From positions 1-38,802 of the forward strand of contig JAHHIK010000082.1 in NCBI GenBank assembly GCA_019358935.1: a DNA stretch of 38,802 nucleotides, written 5' to 3'. The notes below the pieces were generated by a model, which was not told the origin of the DNA, did no database searches, and saw only the letters and a list, made by a program, of their open reading frames with translations. The position numbers were made by a program, and so were the translations under genes. How positions within the stretch are numbered: position 1 is the first letter of the stretch; the number at the start of each line of letters is the position of its first letter. This stretch comes from Tolypothrix carrinoi HA7290-LM1. GTDB lineage: Bacteria; Cyanobacteriota; Cyanobacteriia; Cyanobacteriales; Nostocaceae. Below are positions 17,783 through 27,067 of this stretch, in pieces.

Positions 17783-18562
17783 TTAGCCCGACGACTCCAC
17801 TTTTAATTTGTCTAACTCTTTGGCAATCTTGTTTAGGATTTTGACTGCGGGGTGTTTTTTATCATACATTCCCAACGGCATTCTGTGCTCGGAGGCATCC
17901 GCAAAGGCTATAGATTTGGGGATAGGAGGATATATCGTACCAATTTGGGAAAGTTGTTCTTCAACAGCTTGGAGTGTGCGGGTTTCTTGTGCGGTGCGGC
18001 TGTCGAGCATTGTGGGAATAAACCCAGCAATTTGCAGTTCTTTGTTGAGCTTTTTTTTAACCCTGGCGACAGAAGAGAGCAGTAGGTCTGTACCCAGGAA
18101 AGATTTAAATTGACACTGAATAGGTACCAGAATGTGGGTAGCAGCAGTTAGGCTGAGGATACTTAAAATGCCAAGCGACGGGGGACAATCAATGAGGATA
18201 AAGTCGTAATCATCGCGGATGGGAGCGATCGCTTCACTGAGGCGATATTCCCGTGCTGTGGCAGCAGGTAATAAAAGTTCGGCGGCGCTCAAGTTTATGT
18301 TGGTGGGGGCAAGCGCCAAGCCGTGAATTGTTTCCGGATACACGAACAAAGGTTCTTCGTCGATGATGGCGTTGTAGACAGTTTTTTCTAGACTTTCAGG
18401 GTCTACACCCATGAAATTGGTAAGTGATGCTTGCGGGTCCATATCTACTAGTAGGACGCGGTGCTTGTTGGCTGCGAGATGGTAGCCCAGGTTGTGGGTC
18501 AAAGTTGTTTTTGCAACGCCCCCTGACTGGTTGAATAACGTAATGATGCGGGTTTTACTCAC
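17783..18562 (-). CDS. parA: ParA/Soj partition ATPase
   Basis: NQSGGVAKTT deviant Walker A, VDMDPQASLT, YDFILIDCPPSLG. Confidence 0.95.
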   Translation of the reverse strand: MSKTRIITLFNQSGGVAKTTLTHNLGYHLAANKHRVLLVDMDPQASLTNFMGVDPESLEKTVYNAIIDEEPLFVYPETIHGLALAPTNINLSAAELLLPAATAREYRLSEAIAPIRDDYDFILIDCPPSLGILSILSLTAATHILVPIQCQFKSFLGTDLLLSSVARVKKKLNKELQIAGFIPTMLDSRTAQETRTLQAVEEQLSQIGTIYPPIPKSIAFADASEHRMPLGMYDKKHPAVKILNKIAKELDKLKVESSG

Positions 18563-18610
18563 GGTAGTTGGTTGAGAATTTCTTTGTTATTTGGGGATGA
18601 GTCAGATTTG

Positions 18611-18628
18611 GCGGATAACGTTATCCGC
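18611..18628. promoter_or_regulatory. parS-like 18-bp perfect palindrome upstream of parA
   Basis: GCGGATAACGTTATCCGC, identical to the copies inside parB. Confidence 0.8.
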
Positions 18629-18990
18629 TCAAGAGAGAGGATGTAAATGAAGTTCCCAATACAGGTGATTGTAGCTGTGAGTTTGGTGCAATATAAACAA
18701 ATTTTTCAATATTTTTTTACTCGAAGCTTTCAATCTCGTTGTTGGGTTTCGTTTATTTCAAAGCCGAATAGCCGAAGGCATCTGGTAGTCTGTCAACGCC
18801 GTGAATTGAGGAATAAAGTCGTTTGAGTTTAACAGCGCAGAAGCGCTGTAAACTACCAATTCAAAGAGTGCGATTGCGTGGAGCGCAGACACATGAAAGC
18901 TTAAAGCCACTTTTTCGAGGTGATGGGTTTGTTTTCTTTAAGATTCGCTTTCCTCACCACGTAAATAAGAAACATCTTCGGTATCATTTT

Positions 18991-19644
18991 TCATTCATCA
19001 GCATTACGTCTTTTATATCGACGGGTTTCAACAGCAGCACGCAGTACCTTAAGTTTATAAGGGTCGGCATCATGAAGCCACAGCAACTGATATCCTTTAA
19101 GCGTGGCACAATGCTCTTCCAAACATTTTATCCACCCAGAACGATGGGTGATACTCCGCCAGTCATCCAGCAGTCCCCAATCCTCTTCTTGACGAGTTAA
19201 CCGGGCAAATTTTTTATACTGCGGATAGTCAGGAGTAACTAAAGCATCCTTGTAGTGCAGCACAGGTGGGTCATCTTTATCAAAATCCCGATAGCTGACG
19301 TGCAAATCCCGTAGGTCAATTATCATACTGGTTTGCAGGGCTGGATGGGGGTCAGTGTCAAAATCTGGGTAAAAGAGGTAGGAAATTTTCGGGCTTTTAG
19401 TATGGATTTTGATGACATTTGCTTCTTCCATACGTCCAATAGTGCGGCTAGCACATCCTTCATAAAGCCGCAGTAAGGGGTCAAGGTTTTCCAATGCTGA
19501 GATGTGAACCCATAGGGAATTAGCAAACTTTTTACCAACCCTACTTTGGTGACAGAGTTCGACAATGTTTTCTGTATTGCCCAAGCTATAAAGCATTTCC
19601 TCTGCATCAATGCAGGCTTGTTTGTAAGTACCGAACAAGGCTTT
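18991..19644 (-). pseudogene. 3' fragment of a DNA phosphorothioation-associated putative methyltransferase gene, cut at the IS1 boundary
   Basis: LLRLYEGCASRTIG, KISYLFYPDFDTDPHPAL and PPVLHYKD motifs match my recollection of this family's C-terminal half; the N-terminal portion is not in the window. Confidence 0.75.
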
Positions 19645-19668
19645 GGCGTTGCTGAATCAAAATATGAA

Positions 19669-20065
19669 TCATGCGATCGCCTCAAGCTTGCGGGCGCTAC
19701 GCGTCCGCAGCGCCACTGAACCATACTTTAGATAATCTATTACTAATCGAATAGATAGTTTAAGCATTTCTTCGGACTTGGAATAACAAAATGTTTGACG
19801 ATGTAGACGAGCGAGATAATGTCTGAAACGACTATTTTCTCCTTCAACTCTAGTCATGTAAGTTTTACTGACAATATGATCTTCGTCACTGATAAAACAA
19901 GGATAAACTGGGTAACCATCTGTGACATAAAAAAAGACAGCGCCAACAGCTTATAATCTGCCACAAAACCTTAAAAGTCTCGGAACTGCGGTCGCCTAAA
20001 ACCCAGGCTATTACTCCTGGAACATGCTTATTTACTGCTGTCCACAACCAAATTTTGTTTTTTTT
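19669..20065 (-). pseudogene. insB: IS1 InsB portion, reached by the -1 frameshift at A8C but apparently broken by an extra base near 19935
   Basis: KNKIWLWTAV...LGDRS, then a frame change to FYVTDGYPVY...MTRVEGENSRFRHYLARLHR. Confidence 0.7.
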
Positions 20066-20388
20066 GAGCCGATAAAAGTTTGAAGCTCGTCCACTTGCGT
20101 AATTTCAGGTATTTCATCAAATTCTGGTGTGTCTGGTAAGCTATTCCCAACCTCTTTTACCCAATTTATTACAGTCGTATGATGTACTTTTTTAACTCGT
20201 TCTATCGCACGGAAACCAGAACCATTCACATACATCTCCAAACACTCACGTTTAAATTCTTCAGAATAACCTTTCGATTCATAAGAATCAATAAACTGAC
20301 GCCCACATTCAACACATATGTAGTTTTGTTTACCACGTTGCCGACCATTCTTACGAAGGTGGGTTGATGTACATCTTGGACATTGCAT
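20032..20388 (-). CDS. insA: IS1 InsA (zinc ribbon + HTH)
   Basis: MQCPRC...GKQNYICVECGRQF, HTTVINWVK; slippery AAAAAAAAC at GSKK. Confidence 0.9.
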   Translation of the reverse strand: MQCPRCTSTHLRKNGRQRGKQNYICVECGRQFIDSYESKGYSEEFKRECLEMYVNGSGFRAIERVKKVHHTTVINWVKEVGNSLPDTPEFDEIPEITQVDELQTFIGSKKTKFGCGQQ

Positions 20389-20595
20389 AGCGATCGCTCT
20401 AATTCATATTTCTATTCTGCAACGCCGCTTTATATTTGATTTGTTCAGCAGTTTCGCACCGCGAACTAGTCTAAACTCCAATCCCCAACCTACGCAGCTT
20501 TATGTTTTGGTCGCTAACTGAACTGTATTGGTGCATAAGTTGGTTGTTGCACTCGCTATATATGAATAGGGAAACTTTAGCTTTTATAGGCAATA

Positions 20596-22719
20596 ATGAC
20601 TAACCACGTAAACCCAACACAAAACTTTTACGCGTTGCTAATAGGAATTGACAACTATCTGTCGAATCCAAAGTTCGCAAATCTTAAAGGTTGCGTGCGA
20701 GACATTACTCTCGTAGAGGATTATTTGCAAAATGTCCAACAACAAAATACGCCACAGATTTACAAGCTATTAGCTCCTAATCCGGACGCATCTAATCCCA
20801 ATAATACCAACGAACCTTTCCCAACTTACGAGAATATCGTGAAGGCGTTTGACAAAATAACTCAAGAAGCCTCTTCTGGAAGTCAAGTCTACATACATTA
20901 TTCTGGTCATGGGGCATTTGCAACAACCATTTACCCAGAAATCAAGCAAGACCATTTAGATGAGGCGATTGTGCCAATGGATATTGGTGAATCGCAAGGT
21001 CACTATCTACGTGATGTTGAGTTAGCAACCCTTATTAAAAGGATGACAGATAAAGGTTTAATCGTTACGATTGTTTTAGACAGTTGTCATTCAGGAGGTG
21101 CTACACGAGGAGACGACTTTGGCATTCGTGGGCCGGAGGATGGATCTGTTGACGATACACCGCGCTCTCAAGATAGTTTAGTAGCACCCTATGAGCAATT
21201 GATTCACAACTGGCGTTTGTTAACACAAGGAGCAAACACCAACAGGACTTTAGGAAAATGGCTCCCGCAGTCAACAGAAAACAATAGGGAGTATGTTTTA
21301 CTAGCAGCTTGTCGTCCTAGCGAGTCTGCCCATGAATATAATGTTGATGGTAAGCAGAAATACGGAGCGCTCACATACTGGATGATAGACACTCTCAAAA
21401 GTAGCGTTTCAGCTTTAACTTACAAATCACTTTACGATCGCGCTAGTGCCAAAATTCAAAGCAGGTTTCCACAAAAGCAGATACCCATGTTAATAGGGGA
21501 AAGTAACCGTTATGTTTTTGGCAGCGATCGCCTACAACAACAGTACGCAGTCAATGTGCTTGAGATCGTTGAGCAAAATGCAGTACCCAAGCAAGTCCGG
21601 TTGAACGCGGGTTTGGTAAATGGTCTTGGCGTAGGTGCGCTGTTTGCGATTTATCCAGTTGGGGCTACGGACTTCACAAAGAAGGAGGAAATCCTCGCTA
21701 TTGTTGAAGTCAAGCAAGTTAATGCAGCTGATGCATGGGCTGAAGTGAGTGAGAACTTGGGTAGAGGAAAAATCGAAATGGGCGCTCAAGCAGTGATGCG
21801 ATCGGCTCCTATCAATTTAGTTCGAGAAGTTCGTTTATTTAAAAAACAGGCAGGTCAAAAGGACAATGAATTGCCTCCAGAGCTAGTGGATAAGCAAGAT
21901 AAAGCACTACAGGCGGTTGAGGAGGCGATAAAAGAAAGTGGTTGGCTGAAGTTAGTTTCTGATGACAACCAAACAGCTGACTACCAAATTGCTATTAATA
22001 AAGAAGGTGAGTATGAGATTTGTGTTGGAACACCAATTCAAAACCTACGACCACCAATAGAAATTGCAACTGCCGATGCTGCTCTTAAAGTAGTACAACG
22101 TCTAGTTCATCTTGCAAAGTATCAAGCAGTTCGGGAGCTGGACAACCCCTCGTCATCTCTAACAAATGGACTTGAAGTTGAATTACTCATACAAGAAAAC
22201 TGGCAACCAGGAACGCCCTCAAATCCGCAGCCATTTCCCGATCCCAAAAAACCTAAAATAGTATCTGGAGGATATGCGTTATTACGAATTAAGAATGTAT
22301 CGCGCTTGAATCTCAATATTGTCGTACTAGATATAGAGCCAACGTGGGCTATTTCTCAGATAGAAATCTTGGGAATAGCGCAGCAATTTTATCAGTTGCA
22401 GCCACGTGAACTGCTAGAACTTCCGCTCCAATTGGTTGTTCCGGATCGGCATGGTTACCAGAGTGTAGAAGAAGTCCTCAAAGTTTTTGCAATGGTAGGC
22501 GCAGCTGACTTTGGCTGGCTAGAATTACCTTCTCTTGATGAAGAAATCACGAGTAGAGCGGGATCTCGGGGAGGAGACAGTCCACTAGAACAACTTCTTG
22601 CTGCGATCGGATCTGATGTTGATAAGCCACCTACTAGGGAACGTGCTGCAAAAGTTGTTATTGATCCGAATCAGGAATGGACTACAAAACAAGTCACAGT
22701 TAACTTGACAGCACGGTAA
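20596..22719 (+). CDS. Caspase-family (Peptidase C14, meta/orthocaspase-like) protease with C-terminal accessory domains
   Basis: YALLIGIDNY, LKGCVRD, catalytic HYSGHG and LDSCHSG, GALTYWM. Confidence 0.92.
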   Translation: MTNHVNPTQNFYALLIGIDNYLSNPKFANLKGCVRDITLVEDYLQNVQQQNTPQIYKLLAPNPDASNPNNTNEPFPTYENIVKAFDKITQEASSGSQVYIHYSGHGAFATTIYPEIKQDHLDEAIVPMDIGESQGHYLRDVELATLIKRMTDKGLIVTIVLDSCHSGGATRGDDFGIRGPEDGSVDDTPRSQDSLVAPYEQLIHNWRLLTQGANTNRTLGKWLPQSTENNREYVLLAACRPSESAHEYNVDGKQKYGALTYWMIDTLKSSVSALTYKSLYDRASAKIQSRFPQKQIPMLIGESNRYVFGSDRLQQQYAVNVLEIVEQNAVPKQVRLNAGLVNGLGVGALFAIYPVGATDFTKKEEILAIVEVKQVNAADAWAEVSENLGRGKIEMGAQAVMRSAPINLVREVRLFKKQAGQKDNELPPELVDKQDKALQAVEEAIKESGWLKLVSDDNQTADYQIAINKEGEYEICVGTPIQNLRPPIEIATADAALKVVQRLVHLAKYQAVRELDNPSSSLTNGLEVELLIQENWQPGTPSNPQPFPDPKKPKIVSGGYALLRIKNVSRLNLNIVVLDIEPTWAISQIEILGIAQQFYQLQPRELLELPLQLVVPDRHGYQSVEEVLKVFAMVGAADFGWLELPSLDEEITSRAGSRGGDSPLEQLLAAIGSDVDKPPTRERAAKVVIDPNQEWTTKQVTVNLTAR

Positions 22720-23047
22720 GCTAAAAGGCTGATTGGTTGGCATGAAGGTATCCAGGTTGACCAAGTGTTCTTAAGCTGAAGTTCCCCCCAAGCAAAAAGA
22801 GCTAACTCATATCAAGAGCGAGTTTCAACGTTTTTTGAATCGCTCTTACGCTCTTACAAATTGTCAAAGGGTCTTGCGGAGCGAATTTGAGGCGTTGATC
22901 CTCAATTTTTGAGCTTACCATAAATGTGCCTGTGAATGCAGACTTTACATAGGTACGAAATTGGGAAGAAAAAAGTCCAGATTGATTACACAGCATGGCT
23001 TACAATTGTTTATAGTACAAATATACTAGGATAAAACTAAGCACATT

Positions 23048-26000
23048 ATGAACGAACAACGCCAACAAGACTATCAGAATCTGATCGCCCTGCTTAAGTG
23101 CTCCAGTAACGATGAAACTCAAATTTTGAATAACCATTCGGATTTGATTGATCAAGATCTAGTGCAAACGATGCAGCAGGAAGCAGCAATGTTGGCAGAA
23201 GCCGGCGACTCTATTGCTGCTAATCGATTGCAAAGTGTGGCTGCTCAACTTGCTGAGGCAATAAAAGATTACCTAGAGTTCTTGATTATAGTACTGACGA
23301 CTATTTCAGACAGTCACAGCGATCAGAACGTGATATACCCGTTACTAGAAGCAAACCTTGAAAAACTGGATATGCACTTGGCGCAAACTCAAGTTCTAAG
23401 CACATTTGTAAAGGCTAATCTGGCAAATGTGGAGCCGCAAATGGCACAAGTAATGGCAGCAAATATTTTTAGTTTTAGCAGGCTTATTCAAGAGTTTCCT
23501 TTAGGCAACAGAGCTAACAATTTAGAAATTGCTATTGCAGGTTACGATATAGTACAAACGGTTTTTACCCACGATACTTTCCCTGTAGAGCGGGCACAAA
23601 TTTACACCAATCTCGGTATTGCCTACAATAACCGCATCCGTGGAGAAAGTTCAGAGAATTTGGAAGTTGCTATTAAATACTATCATCTAGCATTAGAGGT
23701 ATTCACACGCTCAGGTTTTCCCGGAGAATGGGCGCAGGTTCAAACTAATCTCGCCGTAGTCTACCATGATCGCATCTGTGGAGAAAAAGCAGAAAATTTG
23801 GAAATTGCCATCCAATATTGCAATGAGGTACTTGAGGTATACAAACGCTCTAAGTTTCCCGAACAATGGGCAAGAACTCAACATAATCTTGGTGGTGCCT
23901 ACAATCACCGTATCCGTGGAGAAAGGGCACAGAATTTAGAGCAAGCCATTGCCTGTTATTGTGCCGCATTAGAGGTAAGCACGCGCAGTAGCTTTCCTGA
24001 AGAATGGGCAAGAATTCAAAATGATCTTGGTGTTGCCTACAGCGATCGCATCTGTGGGGAAAGGGCGCAGAATTTAGAGCAAGCCATCGCCTGTTATCGT
24101 GAGGCGTTACAGGTACGCACACGCTCTAGCTTTCCCGAAAAATGGGCAATGACCCAAAATAATCTTGGTCGTGCCTACAGTGATCGCATCCGTGGGGAAA
24201 GCGCACAGAATTTAGAGCAAGCCATTGCCTGTCACTTTGCCGCATTAGAAGTATACACGCCGACAAGCTTTCCTGAAGACTGGGCAAAAACCCAAATGGC
24301 TCTGGGTAATGCTTATAGATTTCGCATTCGTGGAGAAAAGGCAGAGAATTTGGAACTAGCGATTGCTTGCTTGCATAAGGCTTTAATGAAGTATACACCA
24401 TCTAGCTTTCCCCAACAATGGGCATGCGTTCAGCATAATCTTGGTACTACTTATAGATTTCGCATCCGTGGAGAAAGGGCAGAGAATTTGGAACTAGCAA
24501 TTGCTTGCTTTCGTGAGGCGTTACAGGTACGCACACGCTCTAGCTTTCCCGAAGAATGGGCACTGACCCAAAATAATCTCGGCTCAGCTTACAGAGAGCG
24601 CATCCGCAGAGACAGGGCAGAAAATTTGGAGCAAGCCATTAGCTGCTATCGAGCGGCGCTAGAGGTATACAAACGCGATGACTTTCCTAAAGACTGGGCA
24701 GTAACCCAAAGTAATCTCGGTAATTCCTACCTTGAACGTATCTATGGAGAAAGAGCACAGAATTTAGAGCAAGCCATTGAAAGCTATCGTGCAGCGCTAG
24801 AGGTGAACACGCACGATAAGTTTCCTCAAGAGTGGGCAAGAATCCAAAATAGTCTTGGTGCTGCCTACGGCAATCGCATCTGTGGGGAAAGGGCACAGAA
24901 TTTAGAGCAAGCCATTAACTACTATAGTTCAACACTACAAATATACACCCGCAATGGCTTTCCCGAAGAGTGGGCAAGAAGCCAATATAATCTCGGAAAT
25001 GCTTACTATCACCGCGTTTGTGGAGAAAAGTTGGAGAATTTAAAGCAAGCTATTGACTGCTATCACAGGGCATTAGAGGAACACAAACCCTCTCGCTTTC
25101 CTCAAGACCATGCCAAAACATTATTTCAGTTGGGTTTGGCTTATGTCGATGCCGAAAATTTTCAGGATGCACATAACATCTTTCAAGGCGCGATTAACAC
25201 TGTAGAGTCCTTGCGTGGTGAGATAGTTTCTGGTTCTGGAATAGAAGAAGATAAGAAAAAGCTCGCTGAAGAATGGAACCAACTCTATCAAAACATGGTG
25301 GCGGTTTGCCTCAATTTACGCAAGCCCATTGAAGCGATTAAATACGTTGAGCGTAGCAAAACCCGCAATTTAGTAGAATTACTGGCTAATAAAAACCTTT
25401 ACCCCAAACCCGATCTATACCCCAATCCAGATGATTATCAAACAGTTTGTGAGCAACTACACCAATTACGACAAGAAATCCCGGCTATACAGCGACAGAT
25501 AGAAGTAGTGGCTAGAAGTCGGGAATTAGATCAAAGAAATCGTACTGATATGGAGCAGCGATTTCAGCAACAACTGCATGATTTGCAAAAGCAAAGGGCT
25601 AACCTTTTTGAAGAAATCAATCAGATTGATCCCAGTTTTAAATTTACTCAACAGGTCGAACATATAGCCTTTAGCGATATCCAAGGTCTGATAGATGAGG
25701 ACACTGCTATCATTGAGTGGTATATCATTGAAAATCAAATTCTAACCTTTATCGTCACTCGTCACGGTTGGCACCCAACAGTATTACTATCTGCACCGGA
25801 GGACTGGAAAGGTTTGATGGGTTTGGAGTTTTTTCAGTATCTCAACGGCAACCAAAAATATCATTGGTATAATAATACTCAAAAACAATTGAGCAAATTA
25901 GCGGAGATTCTTCATATTGATGAAATTCTGGCACAACTCCCACAAGGGTGCAACCAGTTGATTCTGATTCCCCATCTCTGGTTGCACTTGTTACCCCTTC

Positions 26001-26818
26001 ATGCTTTGCCTTTACCTAAAGAGATAGACAAATGCCTTTTGGATAAATTTGAACGTGGCATCAGTTATGCCCCTAGCTGTCAATTGCTAAAACTTAACCA
26101 AAAGTACCAACAGTCTGAATTGAAAACGCTGTTTGCTGTACAGGACCCTTCTTCTAACCTCAAATACGCTAACTTAGAAGTCGAAACTATCAAATCATTA
26201 TTTGCTTCTACTCACGTGTTAGTTCAACAGCAAGCCACCGAAGCAGCTGTTAAAACTGATAAAAACTTACAATCATCCCACTGTCTGCACTTCGCTTGTC
26301 ACGGCGAGTTCAACATGCGATCGCCCCTAGAATCAGCGCTGTTACTTGCAATAGATGGCGGTTCTGAAGATGGAAAGCTTACCCTAGCAGAAATTTTTGG
26401 ACTGAATCTAACTCATAACCGCCTTGTTACTCTCTCCGCTTGCGAAACAGGTTTGACAGACTCCAGCAGCACCAGCGATGAATACATTAGTTTGCCCAGT
26501 GGCTTTCTGTATGCAGGTAGTTCTAACGTTGTCAGTTCCCTGTGGACAGTTAACGACTTATCAACTGCGATTTTAATGATTAAGTTCTACGAAAATCTAT
26601 ACCAAGGTCTTTCTGTAGCAGTGGCTCTCAATCAAGCGCAACTGTGGTTGCGTGACGCGACAAAAGACCAACTGAAAAATTGGATTGAACAACATCAGTT
26701 GTCCTTAAAGCTACGTAAAGCAATTCCAGTACTTGATAAGCAACTGTTACCAGTAGATAGTGACCAACCTTTTCACGATCCTTTCTACTGGGCTGCTTTT
26801 TGCGCGATCGGTAATTAA
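23048..26818 (+). CDS. TPR-repeat CHAT-domain protease
   Basis: About 12 TPR-like 46-aa repeats; ERSKTRNL linker; CHAT catalytic LHFACHG and LSACETG; terminal PFYWAAF. Confidence 0.95.
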   Translation: MNEQRQQDYQNLIALLKCSSNDETQILNNHSDLIDQDLVQTMQQEAAMLAEAGDSIAANRLQSVAAQLAEAIKDYLEFLIIVLTTISDSHSDQNVIYPLLEANLEKLDMHLAQTQVLSTFVKANLANVEPQMAQVMAANIFSFSRLIQEFPLGNRANNLEIAIAGYDIVQTVFTHDTFPVERAQIYTNLGIAYNNRIRGESSENLEVAIKYYHLALEVFTRSGFPGEWAQVQTNLAVVYHDRICGEKAENLEIAIQYCNEVLEVYKRSKFPEQWARTQHNLGGAYNHRIRGERAQNLEQAIACYCAALEVSTRSSFPEEWARIQNDLGVAYSDRICGERAQNLEQAIACYREALQVRTRSSFPEKWAMTQNNLGRAYSDRIRGESAQNLEQAIACHFAALEVYTPTSFPEDWAKTQMALGNAYRFRIRGEKAENLELAIACLHKALMKYTPSSFPQQWACVQHNLGTTYRFRIRGERAENLELAIACFREALQVRTRSSFPEEWALTQNNLGSAYRERIRRDRAENLEQAISCYRAALEVYKRDDFPKDWAVTQSNLGNSYLERIYGERAQNLEQAIESYRAALEVNTHDKFPQEWARIQNSLGAAYGNRICGERAQNLEQAINYYSSTLQIYTRNGFPEEWARSQYNLGNAYYHRVCGEKLENLKQAIDCYHRALEEHKPSRFPQDHAKTLFQLGLAYVDAENFQDAHNIFQGAINTVESLRGEIVSGSGIEEDKKKLAEEWNQLYQNMVAVCLNLRKPIEAIKYVERSKTRNLVELLANKNLYPKPDLYPNPDDYQTVCEQLHQLRQEIPAIQRQIEVVARSRELDQRNRTDMEQRFQQQLHDLQKQRANLFEEINQIDPSFKFTQQVEHIAFSDIQGLIDEDTAIIEWYIIENQILTFIVTRHGWHPTVLLSAPEDWKGLMGLEFFQYLNGNQKYHWYNNTQKQLSKLAEILHIDEILAQLPQGCNQLILIPHLWLHLLPLHALPLPKEIDKCLLDKFERGISYAPSCQLLKLNQKYQQSELKTLFAVQDPSSNLKYANLEVETIKSLFASTHVLVQQQATEAAVKTDKNLQSSHCLHFACHGEFNMRSPLESALLLAIDGGSEDGKLTLAEIFGLNLTHNRLVTLSACETGLTDSSSTSDEYISLPSGFLYAGSSNVVSSLWTVNDLSTAILMIKFYENLYQGLSVAVALNQAQLWLRDATKDQLKNWIEQHQLSLKLRKAIPVLDKQLLPVDSDQPFHDPFYWAAFCAIGN
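23510..25160 (+). repeat. 138-bp (46-aa) coding repeat array, about 12 units
   Basis: Consensus RAxNLExAIxCYxxALxVxTRxxFPxxWAxxQxxLGxAYxxRIxGE. Confidence 0.9.
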
Positions 26819-27067
26819 AATACTTTTACGTTCTTTCTCTGTTTTCTTTATACTTCACAACCCATGCTTGACAACATATACTTCAAAGCTATAAATCGGG
26901 TTTAAAAACGTCAAAACTTAAGCACGCTAAAGAAGATACCTTTTGTAGTTCATTAGTTCTAAAAATCAAATAGAACAGTAAAAGCGAACTGTACTCTTAA
27001 GCGTATAATCGCTCAACTGTTATAAAAAAATGATTTTGAACCACAATTTGACCGCTTTGAATCATAT

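Larger units (their letters stand above)
19645..20426 (-). mobile_element. IS1-family insertion sequence (782 bp)
   Basis: 24-bp imperfect terminal IRs (GGCGTTGCWGAAT..AAATATGAA) at 19645-19668 and 20403-20426; GCTTT on both flanks. Confidence 0.92.

Noticed and set aside
22802..22996. Small antisense ORF between the caspase and CHAT genes
   Set aside because: No RBS or motif recognised; cannot be supported, although a small inhibitor or substrate gene is not excluded.
23510..25160. TPR repeats as a diversity-generating retroelement target
   Set aside because: No reverse transcriptase and no non-coding template repeat in the window.
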